From Rickettsia typhi (GTDB taxonomy: Bacteria > Pseudomonadota > Alphaproteobacteria > Rickettsiales > UBA1997): a stretch of 64,000 bases of DNA. The notes below the pieces were generated by a model. That model ran no database searches. It was given only the letters and a program-made list of their open reading frames with translations, and was not told the origin of the DNA. The stretch lies in contig CAMAYG010000001.1 of assembly GCA_945862535.1 (NCBI GenBank), positions 18,731 to 82,730 of the forward strand, written 5' to 3'. Positions 26,808 through 35,969 of this stretch are shown piece after piece. Every line of letters begins with the position of its first letter. Positions within the stretch are counted from its first letter, which is position 1. Position numbers and translations under genes: made by a program.

Positions 26808-28727
26808 TTATTTTTTACCAGATAATCTTATGCTAAAATTTGCTAAGAATTGACTCAGGCTCTCTATTTTTTGTTCCTGATTACCTAATGTTCTAACCGA
26901 AATTAAGCCTTGTTCCGCTTCTTGCTTTCCTAATGCGATAATGTAAGGAATTTTTTGCATTGAATATTTACGGATTTTTGCCCCAATCTTTTGAGAATCT
27001 TTGTCTATTAAAACTCTGATACCATTAGATTTTAATTCTTGGTATATTTTTTCGGCATAAGAGTCGCTGTCATTAGTTATGGTTGCCACGGCAACCTGAA
27101 CTGGAGCAAGCCATAACGGAAATTTTCCTCCGTAGTTTTCGATTAAAATACCAATAAATCTTTCTAGGCTACCAAGTATTGCACGGTGAAGCATCACTGG
27201 TCTTTTTTTACTTCCATCGCTTGCAATATAAGACAAATCAAGTCTTTCTGGTAAGATAAAGTCTACCTGTAAGGTTCCGCATTGCCAATGTCTTTTTAGG
27301 GCATCAACTAAAGTAAATTCTAATTTTGGACCATAAAAAGCACCTTCTCCTTCATTTATTTCATAAGATAAACCGGTATGTTTTATGGCATCACTAAGGG
27401 CTTTTTCTGCCTTATCCCAAGTTTCATCGCTACCAGCCCTTTTTACTGGTCTTGTCGAAAATTTTACTAAAATATTTTCAAATCCAAAATCTTTATACAC
27501 TAAACTTAACAAGTTGCAGAATTTAACTGTCTCTTCGTTAATTTGAGATTCTTCACAAAAAATATGAGCATCGTCTTGAGTAAAAGACCTAACTCTCATT
27601 ATGCCATGCAACGATCCAGATGGTTCATTGCGGTGGCAACAGCCAAATTCTGCCATTCTTAGCGGTAATTGGCGATATGAACGAAGTTCTTGATTAAAAA
27701 TTTGTGCATGTCCTGGGCAATTCATGGGCTTTACTGCTAATAATCTACTTTCACTTTCGGCAATAAACATATTTTCTTTAAATTTCTCCCAGTGTCCAGA
27801 TTTTTCCCACAATACCCTGTCTATTAATTGCGGGGTTTTAACTTCTATGTAATTATTTTCTTCTAACTTGTCACGAATGTAATTTTCGATTAAGCGATAT
27901 AAGAAATAACCCTTTTCGTGCCAAAAGACCGATCCCGTTGCCTCTTCTTGCAAATGAAATAGCCCCAATTCCTTACCAAGTTTACGATGATCTCTCTTTG
28001 AAGCCTCTTCAAGCATTGTCAAATAATCTTCCAGCAACTCTTTAGATTCCCAGGCTGTTCCATAAATTCTTTGAAGCATTTCATTTTTAGAATCGCCTCG
28101 CCAATATGCCCCAGCAACCTTTGTTAATTTAAAGTATTTTAGATTTCCTGTTGTCGGAGAATGTGGCCCTCGGCACAAGTCAATAAAATTACCTTGACGA
28201 TAAAGAGATAAAGCCTCGTTATTTGGAATAGAATCAATGATTTCCGCCTTGTAAAACTCGCCGATTTTTCTAAAAAAATCTACCGCATCTTCCCTTTTCC
28301 AAATTTCTCGATGAATCGAAATATTTTGCTTGACAATGTCGTGCATTTTTAATTCAATTTTTTCTAAATCTTCGGTTGTAAAAGGTTTAGAGGTGGCAAA
28401 ATCGTAGTAAAAACCACTATCAATAGCTGGGCCTATAGTTACTTGGGCCTCGGGATATATTTCTTTTACAGCTTGCGCTAGAAGGTGAGCGGTGTCGTGC
28501 CTAATGATTTCTCTTGCAACTTCGCCAGATTTATCGGTTATGATTTCAATTTTTGCATCTTCCTGAACTGGCAATGATAGATCTTGCAATATATCGTTAA
28601 CTTTGATTGCGATAGCTCTTTTAGCAAGGCTTACAGAAATTGATTTAGCGATATCAAAACCCGAAATATTACAAGAAAAATTAATTATTTTACCGTCTTG
28701 TAGGGTGATATTGATTTTATTAGTCAT
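26808..28727 (-). CDS. thrS: Threonine--tRNA ligase ThrS
   Basis: 639 aa. N-terminal TGS domain, editing-domain [10 protein letters not shown], class II core (RDHRKLG, F.......G...W...G, MNCPGH, HRNE.SG.L.GL.RVR.F.QDDAH.F) and a C-terminal anticodon-binding domain. Confidence 0.96.
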   Translation of the reverse strand: MTNKINITLQDGKIINFSCNISGFDIAKSISVSLAKRAIAIKVNDILQDLSLPVQEDAKIEIITDKSGEVAREIIRHDTAHLLAQAVKEIYPEAQVTIGPAIDSGFYYDFATSKPFTTEDLEKIELKMHDIVKQNISIHREIWKREDAVDFFRKIGEFYKAEIIDSIPNNEALSLYRQGNFIDLCRGPHSPTTGNLKYFKLTKVAGAYWRGDSKNEMLQRIYGTAWESKELLEDYLTMLEEASKRDHRKLGKELGLFHLQEEATGSVFWHEKGYFLYRLIENYIRDKLEENNYIEVKTPQLIDRVLWEKSGHWEKFKENMFIAESESRLLAVKPMNCPGHAQIFNQELRSYRQLPLRMAEFGCCHRNEPSGSLHGIMRVRSFTQDDAHIFCEESQINEETVKFCNLLSLVYKDFGFENILVKFSTRPVKRAGSDETWDKAEKALSDAIKHTGLSYEINEGEGAFYGPKLEFTLVDALKRHWQCGTLQVDFILPERLDLSYIASDGSKKRPVMLHRAILGSLERFIGILIENYGGKFPLWLAPVQVAVATITNDSDSYAEKIYQELKSNGIRVLIDKDSQKIGAKIRKYSMQKIPYIIALGKQEAEQGLISVRTLGNQEQKIESLSQFLANFSIRLSGKK

Positions 28728-28747
28728 TTTACAGAAATATTAAAAAG

Positions 28748-29614
28748 TTAGTGATATTTTTTTGTCTTCTTTGGGATTGCAATTACTCCGCCAAAAGTTA
28801 TTAACATAGCTCCAAAAACAATTAACCAGTCGAGTTTCTCATTAAAAAATATCATTCCAATAATTACCGTAAATACTAATCGCATAAAGTCAAAAGGCTG
28901 TAAGTTTGATAGGCTAGTTTTTGAATAAGCTAATGAAGTAAAGAAATATGATAAATTAGATACTCCGCCTAAAATAAAAAGCCAAAAAATCTGCTGATAG
29001 GTAATTGAGTGAAAATTACCAACACCAAAAGGAATAGAAACTACAAACATTACAGCAGATAGATAAACGACAAGATGGCTAGGCTTCTGAAATTCGCTTA
29101 AAATTTTTGTTAATAGATTTGATATAGCCCAGCAAAATGCAGCAAGAAATATTAGCAAATATGCCTGATTGAAACTTTTAAATCCCGGTCTTAGAATTAT
29201 CAACATCCCAACAAAACCAATTATCAAAGAAATAATTTTATTAGACTCAACCTTCTCTTTTAAAAATAAAATAGCGATTAGTGTCGTTAAAGATGGAACA
29301 ATAAAGCTTATCGCAACCGCCTCAGACAATGGCACTAAAGTTACTGCATAAAACCAAATACTCATTGAAACAAAGCCGTTAAGGCTTCTAACGAGGTTTA
29401 GCATTGGTTTTTTAGGGCGAAATATTAGGTTTCTTTCCTTGATTATTAACGGCACCATTATTAATAAACTAAAGGCATTTCTTAGCATTACGATAACAGA
29501 AACATTAACTTCGCTTGCAAGTTTTCTAACAATTGCTATCAATATAGAAACCATTAAACAAGCTAATATTAAATAAAAAATACCTTGAATATTATTGGAA
29601 TATTTTTTCAACAT
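28748..29614 (-). CDS. EamA/DMT-family transporter (10 TM)
   Basis: 288 aa, uniformly hydrophobic, with two EamA-like halves. The substrate cannot be inferred from sequence. Confidence 0.8.
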   Translation of the reverse strand: MLKKYSNNIQGIFYLILACLMVSILIAIVRKLASEVNVSVIVMLRNAFSLLIMVPLIIKERNLIFRPKKPMLNLVRSLNGFVSMSIWFYAVTLVPLSEAVAISFIVPSLTTLIAILFLKEKVESNKIISLIIGFVGMLIILRPGFKSFNQAYLLIFLAAFCWAISNLLTKILSEFQKPSHLVVYLSAVMFVVSIPFGVGNFHSITYQQIFWLFILGGVSNLSYFFTSLAYSKTSLSNLQPFDFMRLVFTVIIGMIFFNEKLDWLIVFGAMLITFGGVIAIPKKTKKYH

Positions 29615-29771
29615 TTTTTTTATTGATTACTTGCATTTTATTTAGCAAAATTATAAGTTTATTAGAGATCTGGTGTTTATTCTAAAAATATTAACAAGAT
29701 AAATTGCTATTGAAACAATAGTTTTAGTTTAAATAAGCCTTAAATTTAATAATAACAAAATAATAAAGCCA

Positions 29772-30587
29772 ATGTTTTTTTTTGAAAATTATTTTGATAG
29801 TTTTCTAATTAGTTTTTTTATAATAAATCTTCTTATATCGATTTTAAGAGGTTTTATTACAGATTTTATCTCTTTTGCAATCTTTATCATTTCAGCATTT
29901 ATAACATATAAAAGCTCTAGCTTTATCGCTAAAATGTTTCTGAACAATTTTCAAAATAAATTACTGCTCGATTCTGTTGTTTCTATCGCTACTTTTGCAA
30001 TAGTGACTATAATATTAAAACTAATAACCTCTACATTAGTTTTTAATCTTAAAAAGAAGGTAAATCCTTTGCTAGATAAGTCTTTAGCTTGCCTATTTGG
30101 ATTTCTAAAATCTATGATAATTTTTGGTTTAATCTTCTTGGTTATAGAAAGCTTTTATCAGAAATTTGTTGATTTAAAGAATATAAATATCGAGAAAAAT
30201 CAAACAAAAAATCAAGAATCTTTACTTAAAATAGTCTCTAAGAATAGTAAATTTTCTTACTTAGCAAGAATATCAATAGATACCGCAAAACCTTTTTATA
30301 GCCTTATTGGCAATTCTGTAGATACAAAAATCGACAAAGATTTAAATAATATAATTTTAGAAATTAACAAAAATAAGGCTTATGACGATCCAGATACCAC
30401 AAAAGAGGAGAAAATTAAAAAAGAAAATAAAGAATCTAAAGGCTTAATAGAAAAAGAAACCCCGCCAAACCAAGATGACATTAACAAGAAAGTAAAAGAA
30501 GATTATAAAGAAATAGGCTATAATAAAGAAGAAATAAAGAAAATAGGGGACCTTCTAAGAATAATAAAACTAGAAAATACAAGGTAA
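29772..30587 (+). CDS. cvpA: CvpA (colicin V production) family membrane protein with ~100-aa K/E-rich C-terminal extension
   Basis: 271 aa. The N-terminal ..LISILRGFITDFISFA.. and LDKSLACLFGFLKSMIIFGLIFLVIE are colinear with E. coli CvpA (LIRGFVRE.., DRVLGVCFGALRG..). Confidence 0.7.
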   Translation: MFFFENYFDSFLISFFIINLLISILRGFITDFISFAIFIISAFITYKSSSFIAKMFLNNFQNKLLLDSVVSIATFAIVTIILKLITSTLVFNLKKKVNPLLDKSLACLFGFLKSMIIFGLIFLVIESFYQKFVDLKNINIEKNQTKNQESLLKIVSKNSKFSYLARISIDTAKPFYSLIGNSVDTKIDKDLNNIILEINKNKAYDDPDTTKEEKIKKENKESKGLIEKETPPNQDDINKKVKEDYKEIGYNKEEIKKIGDLLRIIKLENTR

Positions 30588-30590
30588 AGG

Positions 30591-31334
30591 ATGATAAACA
30601 ATAACCGCTATCTACGAAATATAATAGTTCCAGAATGTGGCGAAAAAGGTCAAGATTTACTAAAAAATGCAAAAGTTTTTGTTGTTGGCGCTGGCGGATT
30701 AGGCTCTGCTGTATTGTTTTACTTGGTTGCGGCTGGAGTTGGTAATATATTTATTTTAGATAGCGACACAATAGAATTGTCAAATCTTCAAAGGCAAATT
30801 CTTTATCGAGAAAAAGATATCGATAAATCTAAAGCTATTCTTACACTAAAAAGGTTAAAAGAATTAAATTCTGACATTAATATAAAAGTTAAAAACACTA
30901 GAGCCAACAATGAAAATCTAAAGACTTTGGCAAAAGACTACGGTATAATTGTTGACTGCAGTGATAACTTCGATACCAGATACTTAATTAACAAATTCGC
31001 CTTTGAAAACAACAAAACACTAGTCTTTGCTGCGGTAAAAAATTTTATTGGTCAATGTGCAACTTTTAAATCTTTTATTGCCACCAATCCTTGCTATTGT
31101 TGCTTTAACTCATCGGTAAAAGAAGAAAATTTGCCATTGCCTGTTTTAGAAAAAGGTATTATTGGTGCAGTAGCGGGAAACCTAGGAACAATGCAAGCAA
31201 TAGCTGTTATTAAAGAAATATTAATGCTAAATACTAGTTACAATTCGATATTAATGGTTGACTTCTTGAAAAATTCTTTTAGAAATGTTGCTGTTAACAA
31301 AAATAATCTTTGTACCGTGTGTTCCTTAATTTAA
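30591..31334 (+). CDS. ThiF/MoeB/HesA-family adenylyltransferase
   Basis: 247 aa. Motifs RY.R.I......G...L....V.VVGAGGLGS and D.D..E.SNLQRQ, plus two Cys pairs (CYCC and CTVC). Confidence 0.85.
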   Translation: MINNNRYLRNIIVPECGEKGQDLLKNAKVFVVGAGGLGSAVLFYLVAAGVGNIFILDSDTIELSNLQRQILYREKDIDKSKAILTLKRLKELNSDINIKVKNTRANNENLKTLAKDYGIIVDCSDNFDTRYLINKFAFENNKTLVFAAVKNFIGQCATFKSFIATNPCYCCFNSSVKEENLPLPVLEKGIIGAVAGNLGTMQAIAVIKEILMLNTSYNSILMVDFLKNSFRNVAVNKNNLCTVCSLI

Positions 31335-31364
31335 AAATACAATCCAGTTAATAATAAAATCAAT

Positions 31365-31733
31365 ATGGCTAGAGTTACTGTTGAAGATTGTGTAACAATC
31401 GTTAAAAATCGTTTTGATCTTTGTTTAATTGCAAGCAATAGGGCAAAAAGCATCCTATCTGGCAGCCAAACATCATTCGAGGCAAAAGAAAAGCCAGCAG
31501 TGATAGCATTAAGAGAAATTGCAGAAAATCTTGTAGATGTAAATTATATTCGTAAAAATATTATTATGTCGATAAAAAACCGTGGCATAATTCAGTTTTC
31601 AGAAATCAACGAAAAAGAAGAGTTAGAAAACGAACCAAACATAAGCGAAAGCTTTATGTCTCTCGAGAAAGACAAGCAAGTGTTTTTTTCTTCAGAAAAT
31701 TCCGATAATAGCACTCTTAGCGAAGAAGAATAA
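31365..31733 (+). CDS. rpoZ: DNA-directed RNA polymerase subunit omega
   Basis: 122 aa. MARVTVEDCV....NRFDL...A..RA is the canonical RpoZ N-terminus. Confidence 0.9.
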   Translation: MARVTVEDCVTIVKNRFDLCLIASNRAKSILSGSQTSFEAKEKPAVIALREIAENLVDVNYIRKNIIMSIKNRGIIQFSEINEKEELENEPNISESFMSLEKDKQVFFSSENSDNSTLSEEE

Positions 31734-31792
31734 AAAAGCTAAAGCTTTACCTTATCTAGCTTTGTCATTTCACAACCTATTTTCATAACACC

Positions 31793-33631
31793 TTGTTTTT
31801 AATTTTTCTTGGTTATTTCTATCTAAATCTTTTCAGCGATGCACTTGCCAATAATGACGACTGGAAAACCGAGCCAGCAACAGCAAAACAGCAATTAAAA
31901 TCAAGAGCCACAGAAAAATTCATCATTAGTACCGCAAGTAAATTTGCAACAAATGCTGCAGTGGAAATTATTAAAAAAGGCGGTAATGCTGTTGATGCAG
32001 TAATTGCGGCTCAGATGGTTCTAAATCTTGTAGAGCCTTACTCTTCTGGAATTGGAGGAGGGGGTTTTTTACTTTATTACAATAAAAAAACAGGGACTAG
32101 CGAATATTTCAACGGCAGAGAAACCGCACCTTCGCAATCCTTCTCTTCGATGTTACTAGATAAAAACGGCAAAGAAATAGAATTTGAAAAATTAATACAG
32201 GGAGGCCTTAGTGTAGCAACACCAGGTATTCTAAAAATGCTCGAAACCGCACATAATAAATACGGCAAACTACCTTGGAAAGATCTTTTTCAACCAGCAA
32301 TTAATCTAGCAGAAACAGGTTTTCCTCTTAGTTTAAGATTGCACAAAATGCTAAATCATATCGAATATTTACAAAATTTTCCAGAAAGCTTATCTATCTA
32401 CAGATCCAACAAAAACAATCCAGAAAACGAAATATTGCCAGTAGGCTCAATTATTACAAATCAAAAACTCGCAAAAACATTTAGTAAAATAGCCGAAAAT
32501 GGCTCAAAAGAGTTTTATTTTGGCAAAACAGCTAAAGAGATGGTAAAAGCGGTTAATAATTCAAAAATCAACCCAGGAATACTGTCATTACAAGATCTAT
32601 CTTCTTACAATGTTCGCCAAGGAGATTTAATCTGTGGGCAATATCGAAAAAAATACAAAATATGCTCAATGCCTCCTCCTAGTTCAGGAGGTGTTGCATT
32701 GTTGCAAATATTAGGAATTCTAGATAATTTTAGTTTTGCTAAAGCAAATATATTAGACTATAAAAATATTCATATTATCGCAGAGGCAACAAAAATTGCA
32801 TATGCCGATCGCGATAAGTATATAGCCGATACAGATAACATTCCTCTAAAATTAATGCTATCAAAAGAATATCTTAAAAAACGAGCAAGTGAGATTAACA
32901 TCAAAAAAGCAAATAATAATGTTATTTTTGGCGATTTTTCTAAAGAAAAAAAGCAGTCTAGAGCTCTATCAGACAGCATCGCTGTAGATAAAAATCATCA
33001 AGAACCTCCTTCAACAACCCATTTATCAATTATAGATGCAGATGGCAATGCCGTATCGCTCACTAGCTCTATCGAATATTATTTTGGCTCTGCCTTAAGT
33101 GTGAACGGCTTCTTTTTAAATAACCACATGACAGACTTCGCTCGCTTTCCCGAGGTTGGTGGTATAAATGTCGCAAACTCTATTTCGCCAAACAAGCAAC
33201 CAAGAAGCTCGATGACCCCAACCTTTATTTTTAACAACGAAAACAACAAACTTATTGCAGTTATAGGGTCTCCAGGAGGTCCAAGAATAATTCAGTTTGT
33301 AGCTAAGGTAGTCATAGGATTGATAGACTTCAATTTAGATATTCAAGATATTGCTAATTTACCGAATTTTATCGCACTTAACAATGTTATAGAGCTTGAA
33401 TCAGGGACCTATATTACAAAAAAAGCCAATCAATTAAGGAAAATTGGGCACAAAACAGAAATAAAAGATATTACCAGTGGCATCAATGCTGTAGTAGACC
33501 ATAAAAATCTTCAGGAATCAAGAAAATCTTACAAAGGCTCTGTTAAAAAAGAACATAACGATTACAAAAATCAAAAACAATATTATGGAGCGACAGATCC
33601 TAGAAGAGAGGGCTTGGTTTCTGGTAAATAA
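31793..33631 (+). CDS. ggt: Gamma-glutamyltransferase (periplasmic, TTG start inferred)
   Basis: 612 aa. GGNAVDA..A...L.LVEP.SSGIGGGGF and the autoprocessing site PPSTTHLSIIDADGNAVSLT.SIE. TTG 31793 is the only start that retains a signal-like N-terminus, because an in-frame TAG lies at 31757. Confidence 0.88.
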   Translation: MFLIFLGYFYLNLFSDALANNDDWKTEPATAKQQLKSRATEKFIISTASKFATNAAVEIIKKGGNAVDAVIAAQMVLNLVEPYSSGIGGGGFLLYYNKKTGTSEYFNGRETAPSQSFSSMLLDKNGKEIEFEKLIQGGLSVATPGILKMLETAHNKYGKLPWKDLFQPAINLAETGFPLSLRLHKMLNHIEYLQNFPESLSIYRSNKNNPENEILPVGSIITNQKLAKTFSKIAENGSKEFYFGKTAKEMVKAVNNSKINPGILSLQDLSSYNVRQGDLICGQYRKKYKICSMPPPSSGGVALLQILGILDNFSFAKANILDYKNIHIIAEATKIAYADRDKYIADTDNIPLKLMLSKEYLKKRASEINIKKANNNVIFGDFSKEKKQSRALSDSIAVDKNHQEPPSTTHLSIIDADGNAVSLTSSIEYYFGSALSVNGFFLNNHMTDFARFPEVGGINVANSISPNKQPRSSMTPTFIFNNENNKLIAVIGSPGGPRIIQFVAKVVIGLIDFNLDIQDIANLPNFIALNNVIELESGTYITKKANQLRKIGHKTEIKDITSGINAVVDHKNLQESRKSYKGSVKKEHNDYKNQKQYYGATDPRREGLVSGK

Positions 33632-33641
33632 ATTTAACAAT

Positions 33642-34601
33642 ATGACAGTCAATAAATTAGTAGCAAATAATAACAATATAAAACTACCAGCGATCTATGG
33701 ATTTTCTGGGGTTTCCTTAAGTGATGATGAAAAATATTTTTTTAATCGCAATACACCATTAGGCTTCATTTTATTTAGCAGAAACATAGAAAGCCCTAAT
33801 CAGTTAAAAAATCTAACAGATTCTATAAAAGAAATATCTGGAGGAGAGGTGTTGATATTAATAGATCAGGAAGGCGGAAGGGTCTCTAGAATGAAACCCC
33901 CCAAATGGAAGCCTTATCCCGCAGGTCAATATTTCGATTCCTTATATAAAATCAATCCAGAGCAAGCTAAGATAGAAATTTTTAACAATTTTTTATTAAT
34001 AGCAGAAGATCTAAAATCCGCTGGAATTAATGTAAATTGTGCTCCTATTTTAGACCTAACAACCAAAGAGACTCACTCTGTAATAGGTGATAGAGCTCTA
34101 GGGGATAACCCTAAACAGGTGAGTGATCTTGCGAAGGAAATATGTAGAGCCTTACTTAATAAAGAGGTTTATCCTATAATAAAACATATACCAGGGCACG
34201 GTCGAGGCAATGCAGATAGCCATCTAGAATTACCAGTAGTAAATGCCACTATCGAGGAACTTATTTCTTGGGATTTTCAACCTTTTATTGAGCTAGCTAA
34301 TCAGAAATTTGCAATGACGGCACATATTTTATATCAAACAATAGATTCGAAGCATTGTGCCACTTTTTCATCCAAGGTTATCGATATGATTCGCAATTTA
34401 ATTAATTTTAAAAATTTATTAATGACTGACGATCTTTCGATGAAAGCTTTAAGCGGAAGTTACGAAGATAAAACAGTTGCAGCAATATCGGCTGGATGCG
34501 ACATTATCTTGCACTGCAACGGCTCAATTAAAGAAATGCAAGACATTAATAAGAAAATCCCAATAATTAACGACAAAATCAGAGAAAAATTAGCAGAATA
34601 A
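33642..34601 (+). CDS. nagZ: Beta-N-acetylhexosaminidase NagZ (GH3)
   Basis: 319 aa from ATG 33642. The ORF-track start at 33585 would overlap the ggt end. Motifs IDQEGGRV.R, KH.PGHGR...DSH..LP and L.TDDL.M.A. Confidence 0.88.
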   Translation: MTVNKLVANNNNIKLPAIYGFSGVSLSDDEKYFFNRNTPLGFILFSRNIESPNQLKNLTDSIKEISGGEVLILIDQEGGRVSRMKPPKWKPYPAGQYFDSLYKINPEQAKIEIFNNFLLIAEDLKSAGINVNCAPILDLTTKETHSVIGDRALGDNPKQVSDLAKEICRALLNKEVYPIIKHIPGHGRGNADSHLELPVVNATIEELISWDFQPFIELANQKFAMTAHILYQTIDSKHCATFSSKVIDMIRNLINFKNLLMTDDLSMKALSGSYEDKTVAAISAGCDIILHCNGSIKEMQDINKKIPIINDKIREKLAE

Positions 34602-34785
34602 AAATTTTAAAAAAAAGACAAAAAACTGTTGAAAATAATATTTATTATTGCAATAATCCTATTTGTTTAAAAAAACTATAATTTATTAACAATTATTACT
34701 AAGATATTAACACATCAAAGTAGTTAAATCCACAAACAAAGAACTAAGCCTAAATTTAGATATTTTTAAGTTTAGAATATTGGTG

Positions 34786-34835
34786 TTTCTAGAATTTGCG
34801 ATTCAGTATTAAAATCACAAGATCGATTCTAGAAA
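34786..34835 (+). promoter_or_regulatory. Inverted repeat in the rpsB 5' leader (candidate autoregulatory structure)
   Basis: tttctagaat (34786-34795) pairs with attctagaaa (34826-34835). An inner cgat/atcg extension is possible. It ends 44 nt before the rpsB ATG. An IR of this length with a 30-nt spacer can occur by chance in AT-rich DNA. Confidence 0.3.
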
Positions 34836-34878
34836 TTAAGTTTTTGTTTGGTAACAAACCAATTAACAAATATTTAAA

Positions 34879-35904
34879 ATGTCAAAAATTACTTTACCAA
34901 GTTTTACTATTAAGCAGCTACTGGAAGCAGGTGTTCATTTTGGTCACAAGACTATGCGCCGTAATCCAAAAATGTCTCGCTACATATATACGAACAACAA
35001 CAGCATAAGCATTATCGACCTTACAAAAACCGCTAATCTATTATACAGATCTATGATGGTGGTTAGGGATATAGCTAAAAATAACGGAAGAATACTATTT
35101 GTCGCCACCAAAAAACAAGGTGCAGACATAGTTGCGGAATCAGCAAAAAGATGCGGACAATATTATGTAAATTATCGCTGGCTAGGAGGTATGTTAACAA
35201 ATTGGAAAACGGTTTCTCAATCTATAAAAACACTAAAAATCTTAGAAGATCAACTATCTAACGACGAAGCCGGTCTTAATAAAAAAGAAAAGCTTCTTAT
35301 CGAAAGAGAGAAAGGTAAGTTAGAGTCTGTTCTTGGAGGAATAAAAAACATGGGAGGATACCCAGATCTCATATTCGTCATCGATACTCAGAAAGAAGCT
35401 CTTGCAATTGCCGAAGCTAGAAAGCTTAACATACCAATTATGGCTATCGTAGATACAAATTCAGATCCAGAGGGAATAACATTTCCAATACCTGGAAACG
35501 ACGATTCAATTAAATCAATTGCATTATATTGCAGACTTCTATCCGATGCAGCAATTAGTGGAACAAAAGATAGTATCTTAGCTTCTGGTCTAGATATAAA
35601 AAACTTTGAAAGCGATGAAGATGAAATAGATATCGTAAAAGCAAAAGACTCTCTAAAAGAAAAAAACGACAAAGAGAAAGCTGAAAAAACAAGCAAAAAG
35701 TTCGACAAAAACCCTCGAGGCAACAAAAACTCAAAAGGCAACAATTTCAACGATAAAGCCGATAAAAAAGAAGAAGACTCTGCAACCAGAAGACCTTCTA
35801 GCAATCAAAAACCAAGTACAAATACACAAAATAAAAAAAGAGCAAAAGTTGAATCAAAGCCAATAGAAAAAAAGATTGACGAAGCTGGGAAAGTTAGCGA
35901 ATAA
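34879..35904 (+). CDS. rpsB: 30S ribosomal protein S2 with ~95-aa K/E/N-rich C-terminal tail
   Basis: 341 aa. Motifs LLEAGVHFGH....NPKM..YI, WLGGMLTNW and IP..AIVDTN.DP. The conserved core ends near aa 240, and the remainder is a low-complexity tail. Confidence 0.96.
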   Translation: MSKITLPSFTIKQLLEAGVHFGHKTMRRNPKMSRYIYTNNNSISIIDLTKTANLLYRSMMVVRDIAKNNGRILFVATKKQGADIVAESAKRCGQYYVNYRWLGGMLTNWKTVSQSIKTLKILEDQLSNDEAGLNKKEKLLIEREKGKLESVLGGIKNMGGYPDLIFVIDTQKEALAIAEARKLNIPIMAIVDTNSDPEGITFPIPGNDDSIKSIALYCRLLSDAAISGTKDSILASGLDIKNFESDEDEIDIVKAKDSLKEKNDKEKAEKTSKKFDKNPRGNKNSKGNNFNDKADKKEEDSATRRPSSNQKPSTNTQNKKRAKVESKPIEKKIDEAGKVSE

Positions 35905-35910
35905 ATAAAA

Positions 35911-35947
35911 AAACCTACCTTAAAATAGTTCGTTTCAAGGTAGGTTT
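35911..35947 (+). other. 11-bp-stem hairpin in the rpsB-tsf spacer
   Basis: aaacctacctt (35911-35921) and aaggtaggttt (35937-35947) with a 15-nt loop. It is flanked by A-runs, not by a 3' T-run, on the coding strand. Confidence 0.4.
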
Positions 35948-35969
35948 AAAAAAATTAAAATTTTAAAAT

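Noticed and set aside
34796-35008. A 70-aa ORF overlapping the rpsB leader and start.
   Set aside because: It is out of frame with the unmistakable S2 gene starting at 34879, has no motif, and is a TTG-initiated artefact.
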